This document shows positions 9,802 to 17,728 of a stretch of 30,412 bases of DNA, piece after piece. Position numbers and translations under genes: made by a program. The DNA lies in assembly GCA_037439905.1 (NCBI GenBank), contig JBBIVC010000001.1, positions 1 through 30,412 of the forward strand. Reading direction: 5' to 3'. Source of the DNA: Thermoflexus sp. (GTDB lineage: Bacteria; Chloroflexota; Dehalococcoidia; Tepidiformales; Tepidiformaceae). The notes under the pieces were generated by a model. The model had not been told where the DNA came from. It saw nothing but the letters and a program-made list of their open reading frames with translations, and searched no databases. How positions within the stretch are numbered: position 1 is the first letter of the stretch; every line of letters starts with the position of its first letter.

Positions 9802-10073
9802 CCGCCGGCGGCCGGGGGAAAGATGTCGACATCCGCATCCGGCGGCACCGGGGTCTCGAGCATCTGCAGGTGCCGGATCTCCCGGCCGTCGACGAACACC
9901 TTGATGTATTCGCCCAGGGTGCCCTCGGCCGTCCAGATCATCGCCCCCAGCTCCGGGAACCGCTCCGTCACGGTGTCCAGCAGGTCCTTCACCGTCGCGT
10001 CCTCGGCCAGGTCCAGGTGGACGTTCTTGCCGCCCACGAGCGGCCGCAGCGTCGCGTAGAAGCGGACATCCAT
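9798..10073 (-). CDS. MoaD/ThiS (SAMP1-like) ubiquitin-fold sulfur carrier
   Basis: VRFYATLR, TVKDLL, VFVDGREI, DVDIFPPAAGG C-terminal di-glycine. Confidence 0.9.
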   Translation of the reverse strand: MDVRFYATLRPLVGGKNVHLDLAEDATVKDLLDTVTERFPELGAMIWTAEGTLGEYIKVFVDGREIRHLQMLETPVPPDADVDIFPPAAGG

Positions 10074-10186
10074 TGGTGGATCGTAGCAGGCCCGCGAGCG
10101 GCGGGTCGCGCCCGGTTACCGAGACACCACCGCGCCGATCGCGCATGCTTTGCGCCAACAAAACCCACCATCGTCCGCGAGGCCAC

Positions 10187-10690
10187 ATGCATCTCATCCT
10201 GAACGACCTCACCCCCTGGCATTGGGCGGCCGGCGGCGCCGTCATCAGCGCGGTCACCCTCACCCTCCTGTTCGTCGGCAACCGCCGGCTCGGCGTTTCG
10301 ACCGGCTTCGAGAACGTCTGCTCGCTCGTCGTGCAGACTCCCTACTTCCAGCGCGAGGCGCTGCGCGGCACGAACTCGTGGCGGCTGCCGTTGCTCGGTG
10401 GGCTTGTTGCCGGCGGGTTCCTCTCCGCTGTCCTCGGCGGCGGTTGGGAGCCGTTCTGGGACCTGGGCATGTTCGATGCCGAGATCGGCTGGGGGAACGG
10501 CGGCAAGCTCCTCTGGATGTTCGGTGGCGGGCTGCTCATCGGGTTCGGCACACGGCTGGCAGGGGGCTGCACCAGCGGCCACGGCATCTTCGGCATGTCC
10601 AACCTCGAACTGCCGAGCATCGTCTCCACCGTCAGCTTCATGGCCGCCGGGGCCGTCACCACCAACCTCATCTACCGCGTCATCGTCTAA
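10187..10690 (+). CDS. YeeE/YedE sulfur-compound transporter, N-half type
   Basis: LGVSTG, FGGGLLIGFGTRLAGGCTSGHGIFG signature; start MHLILN at 10187. Confidence 0.88.
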   Translation: MHLILNDLTPWHWAAGGAVISAVTLTLLFVGNRRLGVSTGFENVCSLVVQTPYFQREALRGTNSWRLPLLGGLVAGGFLSAVLGGGWEPFWDLGMFDAEIGWGNGGKLLWMFGGGLLIGFGTRLAGGCTSGHGIFGMSNLELPSIVSTVSFMAAGAVTTNLIYRVIV

Positions 10691-10703
10691 CAGGGGCACC
10701 GCC

Positions 10704-11150
10704 GTGATTCTCTTCTACCTCGTCCTCGGTTCCGTCTTCGGGTTCGCGCTCAGCCGTTCGGGCGCCGCCGATTACAACTTCATCCAGGGCATGTTCCTGT
10801 TCGAGGAGTTCCAGCTGTACGGCATCATCGGCACCGCGGTCGCGCTCACCGCCCCATCGCTGTGGGTGCTCAAGCGCTACGGCCGGTCGCTCACCGGGCA
10901 GCCGCTGCGCATCGAGAACAAGCCGGGCCACCGGGGCAACATCTACGGGGGCATCCTCTTCGGCATTGGCTGGTCGATCACCGGCATGTGCCCGGGCCCC
11001 ATCCTGGTCAACATCGGCGAAGGCAAGGTGTACGCCCTTGCGGCGCTGGCCGGCACGCTCGTTGGCGCGGGGGCGTTTGGCGCGCTCTACCCCCGCCTGG
11101 TCAAGCCGTTCGGGCTCCCGCCGCTCCAGGTCGGCACCGGCGAGGGATAA
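10704..11150 (+). CDS. YeeE/YedE family protein, C-half type (partner of the upstream gene)
   Basis: GSVFGFALSRSG, GGILFGIGWSITGMCPGP signature; GTG start at 10704, 13 nt after the upstream stop. Confidence 0.85.
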   Translation: MILFYLVLGSVFGFALSRSGAADYNFIQGMFLFEEFQLYGIIGTAVALTAPSLWVLKRYGRSLTGQPLRIENKPGHRGNIYGGILFGIGWSITGMCPGPILVNIGEGKVYALAALAGTLVGAGAFGALYPRLVKPFGLPPLQVGTGEG

Positions 11151-11151
11151 C
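11110..11151 (+). repeat. 42-bp direct repeat, copy 1 (3' end of the yeeE-like gene including its stop)
   Basis: TCGGGCTCCCGCCGCTCCAGGTCGGCACCGGCGAGGGATAAC, identical to 12369-12410. Confidence 0.95.
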
Positions 11152-11172
11152 CGACCGCAAGGGACCGTTTGC

Positions 11173-12147
11173 CTACGGGCCGGGCGAGCCCACGACCTTG
11201 AGCACGACGTTGCCGGTCTTCTGCCCACCGGAGACGTATCGGACCGCGGCAACGATGTCGTCGAGCTCGTACTCCCTGTCGATGACTGGCCGGTACAGGC
11301 CTGCGTCGATGAGGCCGCTCACGAGCAGCAAGTCCTCCTGGCGGTAACGGCCGAGGCCCAGTGCCGCACGCTTCGAGCGGGTGAGCCGGGTGAGCACGGC
11401 GAGCAGCGGCACGTGGTACATGAACCCAAGGTCGACAGTGATATAGACGCCGCCCGGCTTCAGCGCCCGCCGGCAGCGCCGGAACGAGTGCTTCCCCACG
11501 GCGTCGAACACGACGTCGAATTTCCGCGGTCCTTCCGTGAAGTCCTCGCGAAAGCGGTCAACCACACGATTCGGCCCCAGCGCCTCCACTACGCCGGCGT
11601 CTCTGCCGTCGCAGACCGCGGTCACGTCAGCCCCGAAATGGTGCGCCAGCAGCTGCACCGCGGCGCTGCCGATGGAACCCGCGGCGCCGTAGACAACCAC
11701 ATCCTTGCCATGAAGTGGATACCCCGGTTGCAGACATGTGAGCGCCAGCAGCGCTCCATCCGGCACCGCGGCTGCCTCGGCGAACGTCAGTCCCGCCGGC
11801 TTCCGCGCGATCACTCCTCCTTCGCGGACAGCCACGTACTCGGCGTTCGCTCCGGGCTGCCAGCCGAATACCTCGTCGCCGGCCTGGAAGCGCGTCACTG
11901 CCGCGCCGGCTTCCTCCACGATCCCGGAGAACTCCGAACCCGTGGACGGTCGCCTCGGCCGGCGAATACCCGTGAACAGGCGTGTGAAGCGGTACTCGGT
12001 GCCGGCCACACCCATCGCGTCGCCCCGTGTCACCGTCGAGGCGTGCACCCGCACCAGCACCTCGTCCGCTCGTGGCACCGGCCGCTCGACCTCGGCGATT
12101 CGGAGCACCTCCGGCGGTCCGTAGCGATCCTGGACCACAGCTCTCAT
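11173..12147 (-). CDS. MDR-superfamily NAD(P)-dependent oxidoreductase (quinone-oxidoreductase/ADH-like)
   Basis: MRAVVQDRYGPPEVL, VLVRVHAS, FQAGDEVFG, GANAEYV, VVVYGAAGSIG, FDVVFDAVG, GQKTGNVVL; no catalytic-zinc Cys/His pattern seen. Confidence 0.9.
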   Translation of the reverse strand: MRAVVQDRYGPPEVLRIAEVERPVPRADEVLVRVHASTVTRGDAMGVAGTEYRFTRLFTGIRRPRRPSTGSEFSGIVEEAGAAVTRFQAGDEVFGWQPGANAEYVAVREGGVIARKPAGLTFAEAAAVPDGALLALTCLQPGYPLHGKDVVVYGAAGSIGSAAVQLLAHHFGADVTAVCDGRDAGVVEALGPNRVVDRFREDFTEGPRKFDVVFDAVGKHSFRRCRRALKPGGVYITVDLGFMYHVPLLAVLTRLTRSKRAALGLGRYRQEDLLLVSGLIDAGLYRPVIDREYELDDIVAAVRYVSGGQKTGNVVLKVVGSPGP

Positions 12148-12368
12148 CGAGGGACTCCCTTTCGCGCCGTGGCGCACAGTTTCGAGACGCGCGCAGTCTG
12201 ACCCACCGCTCGTTTCCGCGGATCCGCCATTCGGGCAGGTCGCCACCCCAACCTGGAGCGGCGGAAACCAGGCCCGGGGTTCGGCGGGGGCCGGGCCCCT
12301 TCAGCCCTGGCGGGCCACGGCAAGGAGAGCGGGGCCGTGCCGGGCGCATGCGGCGAGTTGCGACTCCA

Positions 12369-12410
12369 TCGGGCTCCCGCCGCTCCAGGTCGGCACCGGC
12401 GAGGGATAAC
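12369..12410 (+). repeat. 42-bp direct repeat, copy 2 (non-coding)
   Basis: Identical to 11110-11151. Confidence 0.95.
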
Positions 12411-12452
12411 GCGCTTCCCCGGAACGCCCATGCCAGCTACCGTGGGTGTGAA

Positions 12453-12546
12453 CCGAAGGGGAGTAGCCCTCTCGCGTGACATCGACAGGCTCCCTCGTTA
12501 GAGGGCGGTGTCACGGCTTCAGCAACGAAGCGGGCGAGACTTTCGG
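12453..12546 (+). ncRNA. yybP-ykoY (Mn2+-sensing) riboswitch
   Basis: Conserved AAGGGGAGTAGC 5' and GGCGAGACTTT 3' ends; P1 CCGAAGG/CTTTCGG, CGTGACATCG/CGGTGTCACG stem, GCTTC-AGCAAC-GAAGC loop; TACCGT -10 at 12438-12443; directly upstream of a GDT1-family gene, the known context. Confidence 0.85.
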
Positions 12547-12607
12547 CCAGCACACATTCGCGTGTGCCGGCCGAGGCTTGCCCCGCCGGCGCCGCGCAGG
12601 AGTCACG

Positions 12608-13177
12608 GTGTCGGCGTTTGCCCTTTCCACAGCCCTCATCTTCCTCGCTGAGCTCGGCGACAAGTCCCAGCTCGTCGCCCTCTGGTTTGCCACCAGGCAT
12701 CGCTGGTGGCTCGTCCTCGCGGGCGTGACCATCGCTACCCTGGTGGTCCACCTCGGCTCCGTCGCCATCGGCCGGGCCTTCGATGAGATCATCCCCGAGC
12801 GCGCGCTCTATGTTGCCGTCGGCCTCTCGTTCTTCGTTTTCGCCGCCTGGAGCATCCGCGGCGACTCGCTCGACGAGGAATCGGGGCCCGAGCGGCGGCT
12901 CCCGGTGTTCGGCGCCCTCGGCATCGTCACGGTCTCGTTCTTCCTCTCCGAACTGGGGGATAAGACCCAGCTCGCGACCGTGTCGCTCGCCGGAAACCAC
13001 GACTCCGTGACCGGGGTGTGGCTCGGGTCGACGCTCGGCATGGTCGCGGCCGATGCGGTCGCGATCGGCGCGGGCCTGGCCGCAGGCAAGCGGCTGCCAC
13101 AGCGGACCATCGGCTACGTCTCGGCCGCGCTGTTCATCGCCTTCGGCGCGTACACGCTCTATTTGGCCATCCGGTAG
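12608..13177 (+). CDS. TMEM165/GDT1 (UPF0016) Mn2+/Ca2+ transporter
   Basis: Two E-x-G-D-K motifs (LAELGDKSQL, LSELGDKTQL), about 6 TM helices; GTG start with CAGGAG RBS. Confidence 0.92.
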   Translation: MSAFALSTALIFLAELGDKSQLVALWFATRHRWWLVLAGVTIATLVVHLGSVAIGRAFDEIIPERALYVAVGLSFFVFAAWSIRGDSLDEESGPERRLPVFGALGIVTVSFFLSELGDKTQLATVSLAGNHDSVTGVWLGSTLGMVAADAVAIGAGLAAGKRLPQRTIGYVSAALFIAFGAYTLYLAIR

Positions 13178-13205
13178 CCCGGGGGCGGTTGCGGCCGGGG
13201 GCCGG

Positions 13206-13248
13206 TTGACACCTCGTCCAACAAATGGCACGGTCGGTGCCACAAATG
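13206..13248 (+). promoter_or_regulatory. TTGACA box followed by an ACAAATG direct repeat flanking a TGGCAC/GTGCCA inverted repeat (possible operator)
   Basis: TTGACA 13206-13211; ACAAATG at 13221 and 13242; TGGCAC-ggtcg-GTGCCA 13226-13242. Confidence 0.35.
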
Positions 13249-13298
13249 AAGCAGCGCGCCACGGCACCCCGCGCCGCCGGCCCGGCAGGGCTGCCGCG

Positions 13299-14594
13299 AT
13301 GAGTGCCATCCTCGACGGGTACTGGCCGAGCCCCTGGCCCGGGGAGGATGGCGGCCCCGCGCGTCTCCAGGCGCCCGCGCCCGGCACGCCGGCCCTCGCC
13401 GGCGGCGCGCTCGTCGTCACCAGCCGGCCCGCCTTCGCCGGCTGCATGCCCATCCTGCGGGAGCCCGGCGAGGTGTACCTCCAGGGACATACACCGGGGG
13501 GCGACCAGTCCACCGCCTGGGTCGAGCGGATCGACCCGCACACCCTCGCGTCCATCGAGCGCTCGCCGGACCTGCCCGGTGGCAGGCCGTGGCCCGGCGG
13601 GCTGGCCGCCCACGCCAACGGTTCCCTCTACGTGACGTTCGGCCGCTGGTGCCACCGGCTGGCCCCGGATTGCTCGGTGCTCGCCGCCCGGCAGCTTCCG
13701 CGCGAACGGCCCTACAACTCCCTGCTCATCCTCCCCGATGGCCACCTGGTGATGAAGGACTTCGCCGGCGGCACAGGCGTCCATGCCCTGCCCCCGGGCG
13801 TCCGGGGCTCGGAGCTGGTTGTCCTTGAGCCCGGGCGCCTGGACATCGTCGCGCGGCTCGAACTGCCCGAAGGGTCCATCGCCCGCCTCTCCGCCGCGGT
13901 GGATGCCAGTGGCGTGAGCGTCTTCGTGGTCGGCGAAAGGAGCCTCTTCCGGCTGGCGTGGGACCCGGCGGCGGCCGCCCTCTCCCTCGATGAGGCGTTC
14001 ACAACCCGCTACCTGGAACAGCCGGGCCAAACGTTCGGCTGGGACGCCGTGATCGCGGATGGCAGCGCGTGGTTCCTCGATGACGGCGAAGGGACCACGG
14101 GCTTCGGCCCTTCGCTCCGCGGAAAGGGAGTCTCGACCGCTCCCCTCCACCTGGTCCGTGTACCGCTCACTGGCGAGCGTCGCGCCGAATTCACCGAAAT
14201 CTGCGGCCTCCCCAACGGGATCGTCGCCAACCCTCCCTGTGTCGACCCCGGCCGGAAGGTGGTGGCCGGCTTCGATTCCGGGAACGGGGTGATCGCGGCC
14301 TTCCGCTACGGCGACCCCGGCGACCCGCTCGAACCCCTCTGGCGCCACGAGCAGAACCAGGCGGGACACATGCTCTTCTACCCGGACACGGGCGAGCTCG
14401 TCTCGTTCGATTACGACCACGAACGGGGCACGGAGCAGGTGGTGGTTCGCGACATCGAGTCGGGCCGCGAACGGGCGCGCGTGGCTATCGGCTCGCCGCT
14501 GCAGTGTGTGGTGTTCCCGGCCTGTGGGTTCGAAGGCGACCTCTACGTCGCCACGTTCTCCACGATTGCCCGGGTCAGCGCCGCGGCCAGCTGA
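13299..14594 (+). CDS. Hypothetical protein (431 aa), probable beta-propeller
   Basis: Coding-like composition; repeated short beta-strand/turn units (WPGGLAAHANGSLYVTFG, YNSLLILPDGHLVMKD, ANPPCVDPGRKVVAGFDS, HMLFYPDTGELVSFD); no family recognised. Confidence 0.7.
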   Translation: MSAILDGYWPSPWPGEDGGPARLQAPAPGTPALAGGALVVTSRPAFAGCMPILREPGEVYLQGHTPGGDQSTAWVERIDPHTLASIERSPDLPGGRPWPGGLAAHANGSLYVTFGRWCHRLAPDCSVLAARQLPRERPYNSLLILPDGHLVMKDFAGGTGVHALPPGVRGSELVVLEPGRLDIVARLELPEGSIARLSAAVDASGVSVFVVGERSLFRLAWDPAAAALSLDEAFTTRYLEQPGQTFGWDAVIADGSAWFLDDGEGTTGFGPSLRGKGVSTAPLHLVRVPLTGERRAEFTEICGLPNGIVANPPCVDPGRKVVAGFDSGNGVIAAFRYGDPGDPLEPLWRHEQNQAGHMLFYPDTGELVSFDYDHERGTEQVVVRDIESGRERARVAIGSPLQCVVFPACGFEGDLYVATFSTIARVSAAAS

Positions 14595-14600
14595 CCGGCC

Positions 14601-15587
14601 CTACACGCGCGCCCAGTTGTTCGTCGTGAAGATGTCCTCGTCCAGCGGGCTGCGTTCGCCCAGCTCCAGCCGGAACCCGGCCACCGCCCCGATCATCGCC
14701 GCGTTGTCGGTGCAGAATTTCGGAGGCGGGATGCGGACCGGCACCGGGCAGCGGCGCTGCAACTCCTCGCGCAGGCGGGTGTTCGCGGCTACCCCACCGG
14801 CCACCAGCACGTTCCTGGCGCCCATCTCGCGGGCCAGACGGGTGGTCTTGCCCGCGAGCACGTCCACCACCGCTTCCTGGAACTCCCAGGCGATCTCCGG
14901 CACCGGGTACTGGCCCTCCCGCACCACGTGGAGCACCGCCGTCTTCAGCCCGCTGAAGCTGAAGTCGAACGTCCCGTGCATCCAGGCGCGCGGGAGGTCG
15001 AGATTGCTCGGCCCGCCTTCGAGGGCTGCCTTTGCCACGTGCGGACCACCCGGGAACGGCAGCCCCAGCAACCGCCCGACCTTGTCGAACGCCTCGCCGG
15101 CCGCGTCATCGCGCGTGCCTCCGAGCCGCTCGTACTGCCCGTGCGAACGCATCAGCACGAGGTCGGTGTGGCCGCCGCTGACCACCAGGCAGAGCGCGGG
15201 GAACTCCGGCTCCGGGCCTTCCACCAGCCAGTTCGCATAGATGTGCCCTTCGAGGTGGTTGATGCCGATGAACGGGAGCCCCCGCCCGAAGGCGATGGCC
15301 TTGGCCGCGTTGTAGCCAACCAGCAGCGAACCGGCGAGGCCCGGCCCGCGCGTGCCCGCCACCGCGTCGATGTCATCGAGCGTGCACCCGGCGCTGTCCA
15401 GCGCCTCGGAGATGACCGGGACGATCTTGCGCAGGTGCTGGCGGCTCGCCACCTCGGGCACCACGCCGCCGTACTTCGCGTGCAGGTCGACCTGTGACGC
15501 CACCACCGAAGAGCGCGCGACGCGCCCATCCTCGATGACCGCGGCAGCCGTCTCATCGCACGAAGACTCGATAGCCAGGACTCTCAC
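14601..15587 (-). CDS. tsaD: tRNA t6A threonylcarbamoyltransferase TsaD
   Basis: VLAIESSCDETAAA, YGGVVPEVASRQH, GPGLAGSL, INHLEGH, VSGGHT, DDAAGEAFDK, FSFSGLKTA, GGVAAN, CTDNAAMIG. Confidence 0.96.
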   Translation of the reverse strand: MRVLAIESSCDETAAAVIEDGRVARSSVVASQVDLHAKYGGVVPEVASRQHLRKIVPVISEALDSAGCTLDDIDAVAGTRGPGLAGSLLVGYNAAKAIAFGRGLPFIGINHLEGHIYANWLVEGPEPEFPALCLVVSGGHTDLVLMRSHGQYERLGGTRDDAAGEAFDKVGRLLGLPFPGGPHVAKAALEGGPSNLDLPRAWMHGTFDFSFSGLKTAVLHVVREGQYPVPEIAWEFQEAVVDVLAGKTTRLAREMGARNVLVAGGVAANTRLREELQRRCPVPVRIPPPKFCTDNAAMIGAVAGFRLELGERSPLDEDIFTTNNWARV

Positions 15588-15681
15588 GTCCCCAGCGTAC
15601 CATTACATACGCTCTGCGTGACGTCTTTTGCTGGCCCGGGCAGCGGGTATGCTTCGCAAACGTTTCGCCCCGAGGGACAGG

Positions 15682-16764
15682 ATGGCTGCTTCTTCCGAAC
15701 CCGATACCCGGCCGCGCTTCGCCGCCGCGGCGCTGCGGGAGTTCACCGCGGCCGTGTTCGAACGCCTGGGCATGGCGCCCATGGACGCTGCCGAAGCCGC
15801 CGAAGTCCTCATCGATGCCGACCTCGCCGGGATCGAATCCCACGGCATCGCCCACCTGCCCTGGCACCCGGGCTATGCCCCGGGGTTCGCGCGCGGGCTG
15901 GTGAACCCGGGGCCCCGGGTCCGGGTGCTTCGCGAGAGCCCCGTGGCCGCCACCTGGGACGCCGATGGTGGGCTCGGGGTGCTCATCGCCCGGAGGGCCA
16001 TGCTCGCCGCCATCGTGAAGGCCGAGGCGACCGGGATGGGCATGGTCGCCGTCCGCAACGGGCGGCACTTCGGCGCGGCCGGGTATTACGCGCGCATGGC
16101 CGCCGAGCGGGACATGATCGGCATGGCCATGTGCAACGTCCCGCCGCTCGCGGTGGCGGCTGGCAGCCTCGACCGGGCCTACGGGACGAACCCGATCGCG
16201 ATGGCCGCCCCGGTTGAGGGCAGCCACCCGTTCCTCCTCGATATCGCCACCACCGCCGTCGCGGGCGGCAAGCTGGAGATCGCCCTGCGCCAGGGCCGGG
16301 ATATCCCCTCCGGATGGGCGGTCGACGCGGCCGGCGAGGACAGCCACGACCCGGAGATCCTGGGCAAGGGCGGCGCCCTGTTGCCGCTGGGGAGCTACCT
16401 CGAAACCAGCTCCCACAAGGGCTACGGGCTTGGCCTCATGGTCGACATCCTCACGGGTGTCCTCCCCGGGATGGGGTCGGCCCTGTTCTCCCCGCGCCAC
16501 GAACAGGGGTGGTGGTTCGCGGCCTGGCGGATCGATGCCTTCCGCGATGCGGCGGAGTTCAAAGCCGATATGAAGCGCATGGTGGACCACCTCCACGCGC
16601 TCCGTCCCGCCCCCGGCGTCGAACAGGTGTTGGTGCCGGGCGACCCCGAGGCGCGCGCCCGCCAGGAGCGCACCCGCCTGGGCATCCCGCTCGACGAGCC
16701 GACGATCGAGCAGCTGCGCGAGCTCGGGGCATCGCTTGGCCTGGAGATGCCCGGCCCCCTCTGA
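15682..16764 (+). CDS. Ldh_2 family oxidoreductase (malate/L-lactate/sulfolactate dehydrogenase-like)
   Basis: ADLAGIESHG, HFGAAGYYA, GTNPIA, LDIATT, SHKGYGL, VLVPGDPE. Confidence 0.9.
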   Translation: MAASSEPDTRPRFAAAALREFTAAVFERLGMAPMDAAEAAEVLIDADLAGIESHGIAHLPWHPGYAPGFARGLVNPGPRVRVLRESPVAATWDADGGLGVLIARRAMLAAIVKAEATGMGMVAVRNGRHFGAAGYYARMAAERDMIGMAMCNVPPLAVAAGSLDRAYGTNPIAMAAPVEGSHPFLLDIATTAVAGGKLEIALRQGRDIPSGWAVDAAGEDSHDPEILGKGGALLPLGSYLETSSHKGYGLGLMVDILTGVLPGMGSALFSPRHEQGWWFAAWRIDAFRDAAEFKADMKRMVDHLHALRPAPGVEQVLVPGDPEARARQERTRLGIPLDEPTIEQLRELGASLGLEMPGPL

Positions 16765-16883
16765 CCGTGCCCGGGACAGCGGGAAGCAGGCCACGCGCAC
16801 TGCCGGCCTGGTTTGGTGGCCGTTGGCCGAATTACCCGGGCCTTTCTCGTCCCGGGAGAGAACCCTGTGGTACGGTTTCGCTG

Positions 16884-17444
16884 ATGGAGTCCGAACAGTA
16901 CGTGTCGCCGGTCCTGGCCGCGGCCTCGATCGCGGTCGTCTTCGCCATCCTCATCGGCATCATGGTGGCCGAGCTTCCCTCCGGCGAGCGGGTCCGCGCC
17001 CTGTTCGACCAGCACGCGCAGAAGCTGATGCTGGCCGTGGCCCTGACGGCCACGCTGGGCTCCCTGTACTACTCGGAAATCGTCGAGTTCATCCCCTGCG
17101 AGTTCTGCTGGTTCCAGCGCATCGCGATGTACCCCATCGCCATCCTCCTCATCGTCGCGCTCGTCACCCGCAGCCGGATCGACCCGAAATACATCGTCAC
17201 CCTGGCCGCCATCGGCGTGCCGCTCTCCATCTACCACTACCAGCTCCAGCTGTTCCCGGACCAGGCCCAGGTCTGCTCGGGCGTCATCTCCTGCACCGAC
17301 AGGAACGTCGAGGAGTTCGGGATCGTGTCCATCCCGTTCATGGCGGGCGCCGGCTTCATTTCGATCCTCCTGCTCCAGCTCGCGGAGTGGCGCGCCGACC
17401 TCTACTACCGGCGCGCGCTCGAGGCAGAGGCCGCCGGCCGGTAG
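16884..17444 (+). CDS. Disulfide bond formation protein B (DsbB/BdbC-like)
   Basis: GSLYYSEI...PCEFCWFQRIAMYP, second Cys pair (CSGVISC), SIPFMA; 4-5 TM helices. Confidence 0.85.
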   Translation: MESEQYVSPVLAAASIAVVFAILIGIMVAELPSGERVRALFDQHAQKLMLAVALTATLGSLYYSEIVEFIPCEFCWFQRIAMYPIAILLIVALVTRSRIDPKYIVTLAAIGVPLSIYHYQLQLFPDQAQVCSGVISCTDRNVEEFGIVSIPFMAGAGFISILLLQLAEWRADLYYRRALEAEAAGR

Positions 17445-17456
17445 GAATCGCGCGCG

Positions 17457-17723
17457 TCAGCGCGGGTCCGGGTCGGGCTCCATCGTGACCTCCACCTCGT
17501 CGCCGGGGCGCTTCCCGGCCGCCTCGATGGTCGCCTTGTGCACGCCCAGGACCAGGCGCCCGCCCATCTTCGCCAGGTTGCTGCGATAAGGCGCGCCTGC
17601 GAGGGTCCCGCGCACGCGCGACAGGTGCTTGCCGCCGATCGCGGCGGCCGCGGCGCCTGGCACGGCCACGATGTGCCCGCCGCGGCCCACCGCTTCGATC
17701 CTGCCCGTGAAGGCTGTCTGCAT
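17457..17723 (-). CDS. DUF1905-domain protein
   Basis: RVRGTLAGAPYRSNL, LGVHKAT, GKRPGDEVEVTME match the DUF1905 pattern; 5 nt after the aldolase stop. Confidence 0.75.
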   Translation of the reverse strand: MQTAFTGRIEAVGRGGHIVAVPGAAAAAIGGKHLSRVRGTLAGAPYRSNLAKMGGRLVLGVHKATIEAAGKRPGDEVEVTMEPDPDPR

Positions 17724-17728
17724 GGCCG

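Noticed and set aside
12150-12368. tRNA-like or attC-like structure inside the 42-bp-flanked cassette (GGGTTCG, several hairpins)
   Set aside because: No cloverleaf, anticodon arm or CCA; no attC R/L boxes (RYYYAAC/GTTRRRY) identified.
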